From SAR202 cluster bacterium (GTDB lineage: Bacteria; Chloroflexota; Dehalococcoidia; Lucifugimonadales; Lucifugimonadaceae): a stretch of DNA of 61,897 nucleotides. Positions 11,239 to 21,279 of the stretch are shown one piece after another (the stretch's first letter is position 1; every line of letters begins with the position of its first letter). The notes under the pieces are model-generated. The model saw only the letters and a list, made by a program, of their open reading frames with translations. It was not told the DNA's origin and ran no database searches. Where the stretch lies: positions 1-61,897 of the forward strand of contig RQOU01000073.1 of NCBI GenBank assembly GCA_008373165.1, given 5' to 3'. The translations under genes were made by a program, and so were the position numbers.

Positions 11239-14172
11239 CTAGTCAACTGAGTCCATGTCACCCCAGGTTGGTCCAGTTTTCGCTTCTACCAGCAGTGGGA
11301 CGGTTAAATCCATGGCTTCTGGCATCATGGTTGTCACCATCATTTGCATTTCCATCAGTTCTCCAGGGGCGATTTCAAATATTAGTTCGTCATGAACCTG
11401 GATGGACATTTTTGACTGCATTTTTTGCGTTTTCATTTCGTTTGAAATATTAATCATGGCAAGCTTAATAACGTCTGCCGCCGTTCCCTGTATTGGCATG
11501 TTTACGGATACTCGTTCAGCAGCTGCTCGGTGACCTGGGTGGCCAGCGTTGATATCTGGCAGGTACCGTCGCCGACCGGTGACGGTCTGCGCGAAACCAG
11601 TGTCGCGAGCAAATTGTTTAGCTTGCTCTATGTGGTTACGAATTCCTGGGTATTTGCCGAAGTAAAGATCGATGAATTCCTGTCCCTGCTTCCTAGTCAG
11701 ATCTGTTTGACGAGCTACGCCGATCGGTCCAAGTCCGTAGATCACCCCAAAGTTTAGAATCTTAGCTATTCGGCGTTGATCGGCGCTTACATCCTGCACT
11801 CCATACATTGCGCGTGCAGTGGAAGCGTGGATATCTTCACCGTTTCCAAATGCTTCTAGGAGACCAGGATCCTGTGATAGGTGTGCGAGGATCCTTAATT
11901 CGATCTGGGAGTAGTCTGCTGCCAGAAATTGCCATCCGTTTTCGAAATCGGTAACAAATGCCTTTCGAACTTTTCTGCCAAGTTCTGTGCGTACAGGGAT
12001 GTTTTGTACGTTAGGATCATTGCTTGAAAGTCGTCCGGTGGCTGAGCCGACCTGGTTGAAACTGGTGTGAACCCGTTGGGTATTGGGATTTGCCAACAGC
12101 GGTAGGGCATCAACATATGTAGATTTCAGCTTTGTCAATTCACGGAACTTTAGTACTGCATCGGCGATTTGGTAAATCCTATCGTCAAGTCCTCGGCTTT
12201 CCTGAATTTTCTCTAAAGCATTAGCATCCATAGACCAGCCGGTCTTGGTTTTCCGAGTTTTTGGTGCCCCTAGTTCATCAATCAGCAGATTGGCTACTTG
12301 TTGGTTTGAAGCAAGATTAAGTTCGCGACCTCCGACGACGCTGGTTGCCGCCTGTTTGATTAGCTCTATTTCAGTCCCGAGTTGTTCCGACATATCCGCA
12401 AGCGCGGCTTTGTCGATGATCATGCCATTACGTTGCATCTCGATGATGATTGGAAGTAACGGGATTTCGATTTCTTTATTTACGTAATCGGCTTGATGAT
12501 CGGGTATCTCCTGCTTGAGATATTCATACAGACGCCATGTAAAGTCAGCGTCCGATGCTGCGTACGGGCCTGCTTGTTCGATTGGCACTTCCGCCATTGT
12601 GATTTGTTTTTTTCCAACTCCTATAAGTGTCTTAATCTCAGTCATATTCTGACCGAAAAGTTGGAAAGCAAGTTGCTTCAGACCAATGGAGCGATATCCG
12701 CACAGCGCTGCAGCGATCATGGTGTCAAAGGTTAAGGCTTTTACATCAATACCTGCGGTGCTTAACACCATCAAGTCAAAATTGGCATTGTGTGCGATTT
12801 TACCAACGGATTTATTTTCGAATAGTGGGCGTAATAGTGTAAGTCCATCAGAGAATGAGATCTGTGTGCCTTCAGTGTGTCCAAGAGGAACGTACCAGGC
12901 ATGCCCTGTTTTTATAGCGAACGAAAGACCTACCAGATCAGATGTCATTGAGTTAAGGCCGGTTGTTTCTGTGTCGAATGCAAACTCACCATTTTTGTGA
13001 AGTTGGTCAATCATTGACTGGAAAGTGGGCGTATCCGTGACGATCTCATACTCACCGAGTGGTTTCGGCGGGTCAGGCGGTGTCAGTGCCTCGACCGTTA
13101 ATGATGGTGAGATATCATCGATCATTTCCAACTGGCCGGAAGCGCCCTTCGGAGAAGTTTCTGCAATATTGCTATTGTCAGCTTTCATTTCGTTTAAGTG
13201 ATCCGATTCGAATCGTGGCATTCGATTGGCAACTAGACGTAGCTCGTAATTCATTAGAACCTTGATTACTGCCTCCCGATCAAATTGACCGAATTCAGAT
13301 TTTTCAGCGTCGAAATCAATTGGGACATCACGAACAATGGTCGTTAGAACCAGAGCTTCGGCTGCAGTTTCACGGTGCTCGTCAAGTAAGTTCATAGCGC
13401 GCTTTGCGCCACGAAGTCCTTCGATCCGTTCGATTTCACTTAGGTTGCTGAATAAAGAAGGGAAATGCCCTAATTTCGCTAGTACGGTTCGGGCAGATTT
13501 CTTCCCCACTCCTGGAACACCGGGAATATTGTCTGAAGAATCCCCTTCGAGGGCTTTGATTTCGGCGATGTATTCAGGTCCCAGCCCATCATATCTTTCA
13601 GCTACTCCCGCAGGGTCGTACGTTCGCATTTCGCCGAAGCCGGTGTACATGAGTAATGAGGTTTTTTCGTCGACAAGCTGTAACTGGTCAGCGTCACCAG
13701 TTAGGATCAGGGTTTTCATGCCTTTTTCGCTTGCTTGTTTTGAAAGCGTACCGATCAGGTCGTCCGCTTCAAATCCATCGTATTCATAGACTGGTATACC
13801 CATTGGTGCGAGGATCTCTTTAACAATTGGAATCTGCTCATGGAGAGCGGGATCGACCTCTTGTCTTTGGGCTTTGTATGCAGGAAACAGGTCCTTGCGG
13901 AATGTTGGAGCTTTTGTATCGAATGTAACCGCTATATGTGTCGGATTTTGCTCACGTATGGTCTTTAACAGCATTGTCATGAAACCACTAGCACCGGTGG
14001 TATTTTGCCCGGAAGAGGTGATTAGATGATCTCGCATAGCGAACCACGCCCTGAAAACAATCGCGTGACCATCGATTAGTAAAAATAACTGGTCATCGGT
14101 TATTGCTTTAGGAGTTGCCATATCTAGGTGACGGGAAGCCTTTAGTCCCGGTGGATTTACTGCCAGAGTCAT
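11239..14172 (-). CDS. polA: DNA polymerase I
   Basis: LIDGH and EADD (5'-3' exonuclease), AFDTETT (3'-5' exonuclease), DYSQIELR, KILNFGVIYG, QVHDE. Alternative start at ATG 14121. Confidence 0.98.
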   Translation of the reverse strand: MTLAVNPPGLKASRHLDMATPKAITDDQLFLLIDGHAIVFRAWFAMRDHLITSSGQNTTGASGFMTMLLKTIREQNPTHIAVTFDTKAPTFRKDLFPAYKAQRQEVDPALHEQIPIVKEILAPMGIPVYEYDGFEADDLIGTLSKQASEKGMKTLILTGDADQLQLVDEKTSLLMYTGFGEMRTYDPAGVAERYDGLGPEYIAEIKALEGDSSDNIPGVPGVGKKSARTVLAKLGHFPSLFSNLSEIERIEGLRGAKRAMNLLDEHRETAAEALVLTTIVRDVPIDFDAEKSEFGQFDREAVIKVLMNYELRLVANRMPRFESDHLNEMKADNSNIAETSPKGASGQLEMIDDISPSLTVEALTPPDPPKPLGEYEIVTDTPTFQSMIDQLHKNGEFAFDTETTGLNSMTSDLVGLSFAIKTGHAWYVPLGHTEGTQISFSDGLTLLRPLFENKSVGKIAHNANFDLMVLSTAGIDVKALTFDTMIAAALCGYRSIGLKQLAFQLFGQNMTEIKTLIGVGKKQITMAEVPIEQAGPYAASDADFTWRLYEYLKQEIPDHQADYVNKEIEIPLLPIIIEMQRNGMIIDKAALADMSEQLGTEIELIKQAATSVVGGRELNLASNQQVANLLIDELGAPKTRKTKTGWSMDANALEKIQESRGLDDRIYQIADAVLKFRELTKLKSTYVDALPLLANPNTQRVHTSFNQVGSATGRLSSNDPNVQNIPVRTELGRKVRKAFVTDFENGWQFLAADYSQIELRILAHLSQDPGLLEAFGNGEDIHASTARAMYGVQDVSADQRRIAKILNFGVIYGLGPIGVARQTDLTRKQGQEFIDLYFGKYPGIRNHIEQAKQFARDTGFAQTVTGRRRYLPDINAGHPGHRAAAERVSVNMPIQGTAADVIKLAMINISNEMKTQKMQSKMSIQVHDELIFEIAPGELMEMQMMVTTMMPEAMDLTVPLLVEAKTGPTWGDMDSVD

Positions 14173-14349
14173 TCAACTGTATGAGGTGGAAGTTTATAGC
14201 TTGAAGAGTTAGTTGTTCTGATTGTTTACACATTATTAGCAGATATCTTGTTTGTATAACTAATATGATTAGGTCTTGAAGTGAATATTGATTACAAATA
14301 ATTACTGCGCTGGAACAGATTTTATTGGCCCAATTGTTTTTGAGGATGC

Positions 14350-15180
14350 TTGATGACTGACTTAAATCCGCTCGGGACCTTGGTTTCAACTGACGAATTT
14401 GCATCGTGCTGTAGTGGTGAGGTCAGTGGAGAAATTACTCATGCACACCTGAATTCGATCACCGAGGCTGTTCGGCATCGCTATGGTGCATTAGCAACAA
14501 CGGCGGCTGAACGGGCTCTTTCATCTGATAAGGCCTCTGATACGTTCTACACAGAAGGACAGCGGAACGTTTTGACTGACGAAACAGCAGGAGCCTCAGC
14601 TGGTTGTGGAAATCCTGTAGGAATTGCTGATGCTAAACCTGGAGAGACGGTTTTAGATCTTGGATCAGGAGGTGGTATCGATTGTTTTATTGCCGCCAGA
14701 GAAGTCGGTCATACTGGTCACGTGATAGGTATCGATATGACTCCTGAAATGCTTACTCTAGCGCGCGACAATGCTGAGAAACTTCGTACCAATAATGTTG
14801 TTTTTAAGCTTGGGCATATAGAGTCGATTCCTCAGTCAGATAATTCTGTCGATCTTGTAATTTCTAACTGTGTCATAGCGCTTTCGGAGAAAAAAAGTCG
14901 GGTTTTTTCTGAGATATTCCGAATATTGAAACCTGGCGGTCGATTTGTCATTTCAGATGTTGTGACCGAAAAACCGCTTCCAGGGGACGTTCGTAAGTCA
15001 GCCGCAGAGTGGGTTGATTGCGTAGGTGGCGCTGCTGTCATGAGCGAATACATTGAGATGATTGCAGATGCAGGATTCCTAGATGTCGAGGTGCTAGAAA
15101 AACAGACTCGTTCAAGTGGCGCTGAAGCGTGGCGTGATTTATTGATAAATTTGACTGTTCGAGCATTCAAGAAAGTATGA
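14350..15180 (+). CDS. arsM: Arsenite S-adenosylmethionine methyltransferase family protein
   Basis: GCGNP, LDLGSGGGID (SAM binding), SNCVI and CVGGA conserved cysteines, plus an N-terminal CC pair. Confidence 0.85.
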   Translation: MMTDLNPLGTLVSTDEFASCCSGEVSGEITHAHLNSITEAVRHRYGALATTAAERALSSDKASDTFYTEGQRNVLTDETAGASAGCGNPVGIADAKPGETVLDLGSGGGIDCFIAAREVGHTGHVIGIDMTPEMLTLARDNAEKLRTNNVVFKLGHIESIPQSDNSVDLVISNCVIALSEKKSRVFSEIFRILKPGGRFVISDVVTEKPLPGDVRKSAAEWVDCVGGAAVMSEYIEMIADAGFLDVEVLEKQTRSSGAEAWRDLLINLTVRAFKKV

Positions 15181-15261
15181 AGTTTTCTCTGCGTTTCTCC
15201 TTAGATATCCACTTGCTTTGTCATAAGTCACTTAGTTTTATTCGTTCGAGTAATAGCCATT

Positions 15262-16215
15262 ATGCTGAATAATCCATGGGCGCGAAATTATGAGAAAGAT
15301 GATCATGTAGCTTTGGGTCGCGTTCGTGAATGGGCTGGAAATAAACTTGGCAGTACTGTCGACTATGGATTTGGTTATGGGACATGGGTATTCATTGGGA
15401 ATGAGACAGTAATCAAGGTTGATCCCGAGGTTGGTCGGTCGGGTCGGTTTAGTCATGAGCTCGCTGTAACAGCAATGGACCTCCCTGGAGTCGCTACTCC
15501 ACATGTGATTGAAACCGGTACGCTTGAAGGTAGGGCGTGGGTCATCATGAATCGACTTGACGGTTCTATTGCTTATAACGTCTGGCCTGGCCTTGATGCC
15601 AAGGCTCGTGAAAAATTGGTTGCTCAACTAGCTACGGCATTAAGCCATTTACAAAAATTTCGACCTGATGCTTCGATGCTTAACGCCACGACGGAAAATT
15701 GGAGCAGGCATGTACGTGAGTCCTTTAATAGGACGCTGAGGTCTGTAGACGCTATTGTTCCTGGGAGGATACTGACACAGTCACAGGGAGCTTTTGCTCT
15801 CTGGGCTGAAGCGCTTGAAGATCGTCCCAGGGTACTTTGCCATGGTGATCTTTGGTTTGGGAATATTTTGGTTAACCATCAAGGGGAATTATCGGGAATT
15901 ATAGATTTCGATCGAACTGCCTTGGCACCGTCGGATTATGAACTGGACATGCTTTTGAGATTTTGGAATTATCCTTGGAATTTCGTTCCCGAACAATTAG
16001 AAGAGACTTACAACGAGCCACTCGATATCTTTTTGTTGAAACCAATTCTAGAACTTTGCAAAGGTGACTTAAGTGACGAGGTGTTGAGCGCTCGGCTTAG
16101 TGCGCTGGAACTGGTATACCGCCTCAACCTCGTTAGTCGTTTTGGCTGGAATGATGAGAACGCCGAGATGTTTGATCGTGTTCTTGCAGGCGATTGGGTT
16201 AACGGTCTTATTTAG
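15262..16215 (+). CDS. Aminoglycoside phosphotransferase / choline-kinase-like phosphotransferase
   Basis: VIK lysine, HGDLWFGNIL catalytic loop, IIDFD metal-binding motif. Confidence 0.82.
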   Translation: MLNNPWARNYEKDDHVALGRVREWAGNKLGSTVDYGFGYGTWVFIGNETVIKVDPEVGRSGRFSHELAVTAMDLPGVATPHVIETGTLEGRAWVIMNRLDGSIAYNVWPGLDAKAREKLVAQLATALSHLQKFRPDASMLNATTENWSRHVRESFNRTLRSVDAIVPGRILTQSQGAFALWAEALEDRPRVLCHGDLWFGNILVNHQGELSGIIDFDRTALAPSDYELDMLLRFWNYPWNFVPEQLEETYNEPLDIFLLKPILELCKGDLSDEVLSARLSALELVYRLNLVSRFGWNDENAEMFDRVLAGDWVNGLI

Positions 16216-16375
16216 AAATTTCTAGATCGCGATCTTGTATGCTTCACCTACTCTGGTTTTACTAATACAAAGTTAATTTATAAGTATTGGCTAAGTTTTT
16301 CTAAAACGCGGAAGACTTTCCAAGTTTAGTAGGGTTTCTTTATAGAACTTGTAAATGTTTAGGTTTTTAACATAA

Positions 16376-16981
16376 CTAATCAGCGACATCGGCTGTTGGT
16401 CGAGCCTCGAGTAGGTCGATGCCGCCACGGACTTGTCCAAGGGTATCGGCGATTCGTTCTTCAAGAGTGAATAAGACTTCTCTAGCGTAGTTGTCTGCAC
16501 CTTTGCGACGTTCTTCAGCAGAGGTCCCTGCGTCATGCAAGATCGTGTTTACTCGGCTTTCTGCGTCTTCGATGAGTTTCTGTGAACGAGTGTTTGCCGC
16601 TGCTTCGATCTCGATAGCGTTTTCATTGGCTTTTCGAATGATTTCGGTATCCTGAACCATCTTTTTGGCTTCTTCTTGAGATGTGGCGAGCAAGGTATTT
16701 GATTGTTCTTCGGCTAACTGGCGGATCGTTGTTGCTTCCTCATCAGCGTAAGCACGAATTCTCCGAGCTTCGATTTCAGCCTGTTTGATGATGGCGTCTT
16801 TTTGTCTTACTACGCCTTCGGCTTCGGTTATTTCATCAGGAAGATGTTTTTTCATCTCATCAATGATCGTACTAATTTTTTGCTGGTTGACCAGGGTGCG
16901 CGCAGTACCAGGCACGCGTCCTTTAACGATCATTGCCTCCAGGTTTTCGAGTTGTGCCATTAGTGTCATTTTCGCCTCCAT
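16376..16981 (-). CDS. Coiled-coil protein (DivIVA / ATP-synthase-b-like), conserved downstream of coaD
   Basis: Ala/Glu-rich heptads (A..EA..I) and GADNYA..VL motif. Follows rsmD-coaD as in many monoderm genomes. Confidence 0.75.
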   Translation of the reverse strand: MEAKMTLMAQLENLEAMIVKGRVPGTARTLVNQQKISTIIDEMKKHLPDEITEAEGVVRQKDAIIKQAEIEARRIRAYADEEATTIRQLAEEQSNTLLATSQEEAKKMVQDTEIIRKANENAIEIEAAANTRSQKLIEDAESRVNTILHDAGTSAEERRKGADNYAREVLFTLEERIADTLGQVRGGIDLLEARPTADVAD

Positions 16982-16990
16982 GTTTCCTTT

Positions 16991-17491
16991 TCAACTATCG
17001 TTGTCTTGCTTGGTTTGCGAGATCCTCTCAGACAGAGGCTCCCATACATTTTGCGGAACCAGTCCCGACACATCAGCGCCGAGTGCTGCCACTTCCTTTA
17101 CTCTTGATGAACTCAGGATTTGGTATTCCAAAGCGCTGAAAAGACAAATCGTTTCTATGTCTTCAGCCATCCTGCGGTTCATTAGCGCCATTTCACTTTC
17201 GTATTCGAAATCACTGGTTATCCGAAGTCCTCTTACAATGACATCTGCACCAATTTCACGTGCAGCATTGACGGTTAAACCTGAGTATGACTCTACAGAA
17301 ACGTTCGGTACGTGACTTACTGCTGCAGTGAACATTGATATTCGTTCGTCGATAGTGAACATTGTTCGTTTTGATGAAATTTCAACAACACCTACTGTCA
17401 GGTGATCAACTGTTTTCGATGCCCGCTCAACGATGTCGACGTGACCGTTGGTTACTGGATCGAACGTGCCCGGGTATATAGCTATTGACAT
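16991..17491 (-). CDS. coaD: Phosphopantetheine adenylyltransferase
   Basis: YPGTFDPVTNGH, RGLR..SDFEYE, SSSRVKE. Confidence 0.97.
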   Translation of the reverse strand: MSIAIYPGTFDPVTNGHVDIVERASKTVDHLTVGVVEISSKRTMFTIDERISMFTAAVSHVPNVSVESYSGLTVNAAREIGADVIVRGLRITSDFEYESEMALMNRRMAEDIETICLFSALEYQILSSSRVKEVAALGADVSGLVPQNVWEPLSERISQTKQDNDS

Positions 17492-18061
17492 CTATTCAAC
17501 CCCTGCGCCTGTTATGAATTTATTTGACCGGTATACCGACACTGCTGAATCACCGTAAAGCCGATGGGTCGATAACGTTAGGCCAGGGAGCATGTCTGGT
17601 AGCTTGGTCTTTTTTGAATGCTCAAGGAACGCAATAGCGCTTGGTGCAATTAATCCTGCCTCATTCACACGTGTGAATAGAGGCTCAAACTCATTCAATT
17701 CGTAGGGTGGATCGGCGAAAATCAGTTCGAATTCTCCTTCCAGTCTTCCGACTGCTTGAAGTGCCTTACACCTATGTACTGTTCCTTTTGACGTCAAATT
17801 GTGTCGTTCCAGATTTTTTTTAATTTCGTTACAACTTTTCAAATTTTGTTCCACAAACGATGCGTTTTCGGCCCCGCGTTGCAGGGCTTCAATTCCTAAA
17901 GCTCCGGTTCCTGCGTAGATATCGAGTACTTGAAGACCATGAGATCCGGCTGGGCCTAGCATGGAAAACATAGCCGATCGGACCCTTGAAGTTGTAGGAC
18001 GTAGAGAACTGGTACCTTTAGATCGCCTAAAATCCGAAGACCCTTTCTGTCTTTTTCTCAT
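17492..18061 (-). CDS. rsmD: 16S rRNA m2G966 methyltransferase
   Basis: LRPTT..VR, LDIYAGTGALGIEAL, DPPY, terminal YG. Directly upstream of coaD. Confidence 0.9.
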   Translation of the reverse strand: MRKRQKGSSDFRRSKGTSSLRPTTSRVRSAMFSMLGPAGSHGLQVLDIYAGTGALGIEALQRGAENASFVEQNLKSCNEIKKNLERHNLTSKGTVHRCKALQAVGRLEGEFELIFADPPYELNEFEPLFTRVNEAGLIAPSAIAFLEHSKKTKLPDMLPGLTLSTHRLYGDSAVSVYRSNKFITGAGVE

Positions 18062-18382
18062 AGTGCCTTAGAATTCCGCATGGATTTCCTGATGAACTTT
18101 AGATGAAAAACGATTATGGTTCAGATTGCAGATTATTGACCATCGTAAGTTGTTACCGATTTCGGGTGTTTTACACGGAATCGATATATTTATGTAATGG
18201 TTAAACCATCTGACGCTGAATATGAACTGGCTCTGCCTTAGAATAAACCGATGCATCGACGAAAGTGAGTAGTTTGTCGATGTAGATGTAAACGTACAGT
18301 CGAATGATTCAACAAGTTTCCCGAATTGGCAGACGAGCTTTGCTCAGTGAGTATTTGGTCGTAATAAGTTACCCCTGAAAAT

Positions 18383-19927
18383 ATGACGAGAGAAAACCAG
18401 GCAAATCAACCTAACGGGCAATCTCAGGCTGCTGGTGAGCGAAAACTTATTGAAGATCGTTTAGCCAAGACGGTTGAGATTCGTTCCCGTGGTCTTGACC
18501 CTTACCCTCCAAGATTTAATCGAACTCATACCTCAGTGGAAGCAGTAGCTCTATTCCAATCTCTTGAGGAGGGTGGCACAGAGTCTGATCATTCAGATAG
18601 CCACAGTGTTCGAGTGGCTGGGCGCGTAATGGCTCGACGAGGGCAAGGCAAAGCATCATTTATTGATGTTAGGGATGGTCATGGATCGATCCAAATTTTT
18701 GCTCGCCAAAATACGATGGGAGATGAGTCCTATGCGATTCTCGACTTACTCGACATTGGAGACATTATTGGTATAGAAGGTGTGGTGATACGCACTCGGA
18801 GAGGTGAAATTAGTGTGGAGGCAAAAACCATCACATTGTTGACGAAGGCTATTCGTCCACTTCCAGATAAATGGCATGGATTACAGGATCAAGAGGTACG
18901 TTTTCGTCAGCGATATCTAGATCTCATATCTAATGAAAAGGCTATGCAGAACGCGTTATTGCGTACGAAAATTGTTCGTTCAATGCGTGATTTCATGCAT
19001 GCTCGTGGATTTATAGAGGTTGAAACTCCGATCTTGGTGCCTGTTGCTGGAGGAGCACAAGCGACTCCATTCGCAACACACCATAATCAACTAAATCGCG
19101 ATTTGTATTTGAGAATAGCTACCGAACTATATTTGAAAAAGTTGATAGTAGGCGGGATCGAACGGGTGTTTGAGATCGGGCGTCTATTTCGTAATGAGGG
19201 GCTTGATCACGATCATAACCCGGAATTTACTACTATCGAGAGCTACCAAGCTTATGCTGATTACAATGATGTTATGTGCATGGTGGAGGAGATGATCGCT
19301 CAGATTGCGCAGGACACAACTGGATCGATGATATTGCCCGCTATATCCGAAAAGCGGCCAGAGATTAATCTCACTCCACCTTGGCCTCGTCTCGATCTAC
19401 GAAGCGAAATTATGAAACGCACTGGAATTGATTTTGTTGAAACACGCGATATCGAGTCCCTTTCTAAGGCGATGCAAGAATGTGGGATTCACGTTGAACC
19501 TGGATCTGATTGGGGTCGTTTGCTTGACAAAGTGATTTCCTCAGAAGTTGAGCCGAATCTTATTCAGCCACATTTTTTGATTGACTATCCCGTTGAAATG
19601 TCTCCACTAGCCAAGCGTAAACCGGGCTCCTCCGATATTGTTGAACGATTTGAAGCTTTCGTCATGGGTACCGAACTTGCGAATGCCTTTACGGAGTTGA
19701 ATGATCCGGTTGATCAGCGAGAACGTTTCGAGCAACAAGAACGTTTGCGAGAAGAATTCGACAATGATGAGGCTGATCGCTTAGATGAAGACTTTTTGAT
19801 TGCAATTGAGCATGGGATGCCACCCACCGGAGGTTTAGGTTTAGGAATCGACCGGCTCACTATGCTCGTTGCTGGTGAAGAATCTATTCGAGAAATTTTA
19901 CTGTTTCCAGCTATGCGCAATATCTGA
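18383..19927 (+). CDS. lysS: Lysyl-tRNA synthetase (class II)
   Basis: PLPDKWHGL, RQRYLDL, YLRIATELYLK, FRNEG, GMPPTGGLGLGIDRL. Confidence 0.98.
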   Translation: MTRENQANQPNGQSQAAGERKLIEDRLAKTVEIRSRGLDPYPPRFNRTHTSVEAVALFQSLEEGGTESDHSDSHSVRVAGRVMARRGQGKASFIDVRDGHGSIQIFARQNTMGDESYAILDLLDIGDIIGIEGVVIRTRRGEISVEAKTITLLTKAIRPLPDKWHGLQDQEVRFRQRYLDLISNEKAMQNALLRTKIVRSMRDFMHARGFIEVETPILVPVAGGAQATPFATHHNQLNRDLYLRIATELYLKKLIVGGIERVFEIGRLFRNEGLDHDHNPEFTTIESYQAYADYNDVMCMVEEMIAQIAQDTTGSMILPAISEKRPEINLTPPWPRLDLRSEIMKRTGIDFVETRDIESLSKAMQECGIHVEPGSDWGRLLDKVISSEVEPNLIQPHFLIDYPVEMSPLAKRKPGSSDIVERFEAFVMGTELANAFTELNDPVDQRERFEQQERLREEFDNDEADRLDEDFLIAIEHGMPPTGGLGLGIDRLTMLVAGEESIREILLFPAMRNI

Positions 19928-19995
19928 TCTGGGCACTCAAATTAAATGTGTTGATAGTAATTGGTAGTGATAAATTTTCGTAAGAGAAACAATTA

Positions 19996-21261
19996 ATGCT
20001 TTCACTGGAAAATATTGTTCGAAATCCTGAAGATGCACGTTCTGCTTTGGTGCGACGAGGGGAAGACCCTCCGATCGATCAGATTTTGGAATTGGACTCA
20101 CAGCGAAAAAGTTTGATTCAGGCTGCAGATACTGATCGAGCTCTGCGAAATACTGTGAGTAAAACGATTGGTAGAGAGAAACGTAAGCCAACTACCAAAG
20201 AGATTGCTGAAATGCGTGAGACCGGGGATCGTATCAAGTCCTATGAAAGTGATCTTGAATCGGTTTTATCAGAGATGAACGCTGTCTTGTTGTCGTTGCC
20301 CAATATGCCTCTTGAAGGCGTTCCTGACGGGATGGATGAAGAATCAAATATCATCGTTCGCACATCTGAAGGTGACACGTCAAGCCATGGCAACGCACAT
20401 TGGGACGTAGCTCCGAGGCTTGGCATACTGGATCTCGAGGCCGGTGCGAGTATCGCGGGGGCAAGATTTTTTGTTCTCAAGGGTAAAGGCGCTAAGCTTC
20501 AGCGGGCATTGGCTGCGTGGATGCTCGATGTCCAAACCGAACAGCATGGATATATGGAGATTGATCCACCTTTACTCGTGCGTCCGGAGACGATGACTGG
20601 TTCAGGCAACCTTCCAAAATTCAAAGACAATTTGTATCGGGATGAGGAAACAGATCTTTGGCTCATCCCTACGGCCGAGGTTGCGCTAAATGGATTACAT
20701 CAGGGTCAAATTATTGACCCCGGCATATTACCTTTGAAATATGTTGCCCAAACTCCTAGTTTCAGGAAGGAACATGCCTCCGCAGGTCGAGATGTCCGTG
20801 GTATCAAACGGGTTCATCAGTTTGAAAAAGTCGAGATGTTTCGTTACGTTGAACCTGAAAATTCCGAGGCTGCTTTGGAAGAGATGCTTAATGAAGCTGA
20901 AGAATTATGTAAGCGTCTTAATCTTACTCATCGAGTTTTGGAACTTTGTGCCGGTGATATTGGATTTCAGTCAGCCAAAACTTATGACATAGAGGTTTGG
21001 TCCCCTGGATCTGCTGAGTGGTTAGAGGTTAGTTCGATTTCGACCTGTACCGATTTTCAGGCACGCCGAAATAACACCCGTTATAGGCGCGAAGCCGGGG
21101 ATTCTACTAAGTTTCCTCACACATTGAACGGTTCTGGGTTAGCTTTGCCGAGAATATGGATAGCGATAATAGAAAACGGCCTTCAGCCGGATGGTTCAGT
21201 AGTTATTCCAGATGAATTGGTGCCGTATACCGGATGGGATCAGATTGAGTCCGTCAGCTAA
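19996..21261 (+). CDS. serS: Seryl-tRNA synthetase
   Basis: LIPTAEV, RVHQFEKVE, KTYDIEVW, CTDFQARR, TLNGSGLA. Confidence 0.98.
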   Translation: MLSLENIVRNPEDARSALVRRGEDPPIDQILELDSQRKSLIQAADTDRALRNTVSKTIGREKRKPTTKEIAEMRETGDRIKSYESDLESVLSEMNAVLLSLPNMPLEGVPDGMDEESNIIVRTSEGDTSSHGNAHWDVAPRLGILDLEAGASIAGARFFVLKGKGAKLQRALAAWMLDVQTEQHGYMEIDPPLLVRPETMTGSGNLPKFKDNLYRDEETDLWLIPTAEVALNGLHQGQIIDPGILPLKYVAQTPSFRKEHASAGRDVRGIKRVHQFEKVEMFRYVEPENSEAALEEMLNEAEELCKRLNLTHRVLELCAGDIGFQSAKTYDIEVWSPGSAEWLEVSSISTCTDFQARRNNTRYRREAGDSTKFPHTLNGSGLALPRIWIAIIENGLQPDGSVVIPDELVPYTGWDQIESVS

Positions 21262-21279
21262 TAAGCTGATGGATTCGTT

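Noticed and set aside
15262-16215. Aminoglycoside resistance gene
   Set aside because: Only the generic APH/choline-kinase fold motifs are present, with no mobile context or specific resemblance to a resistance enzyme.
16376-17491. coaD ends in TGA in frame with the next gene (possible read-through or Sec fusion)
   Set aside because: CoaD is complete, the 9-nt spacer is an AAAGGA RBS before an ATG, and there is no redox motif context.
18062-18382. T-box or lysine riboswitch upstream of lysS, and the 62-aa ORF 18068-18256
   Set aside because: No T-box consensus or terminator hairpin is visible and the ORF has no motif. It looks like a divergent promoter region.
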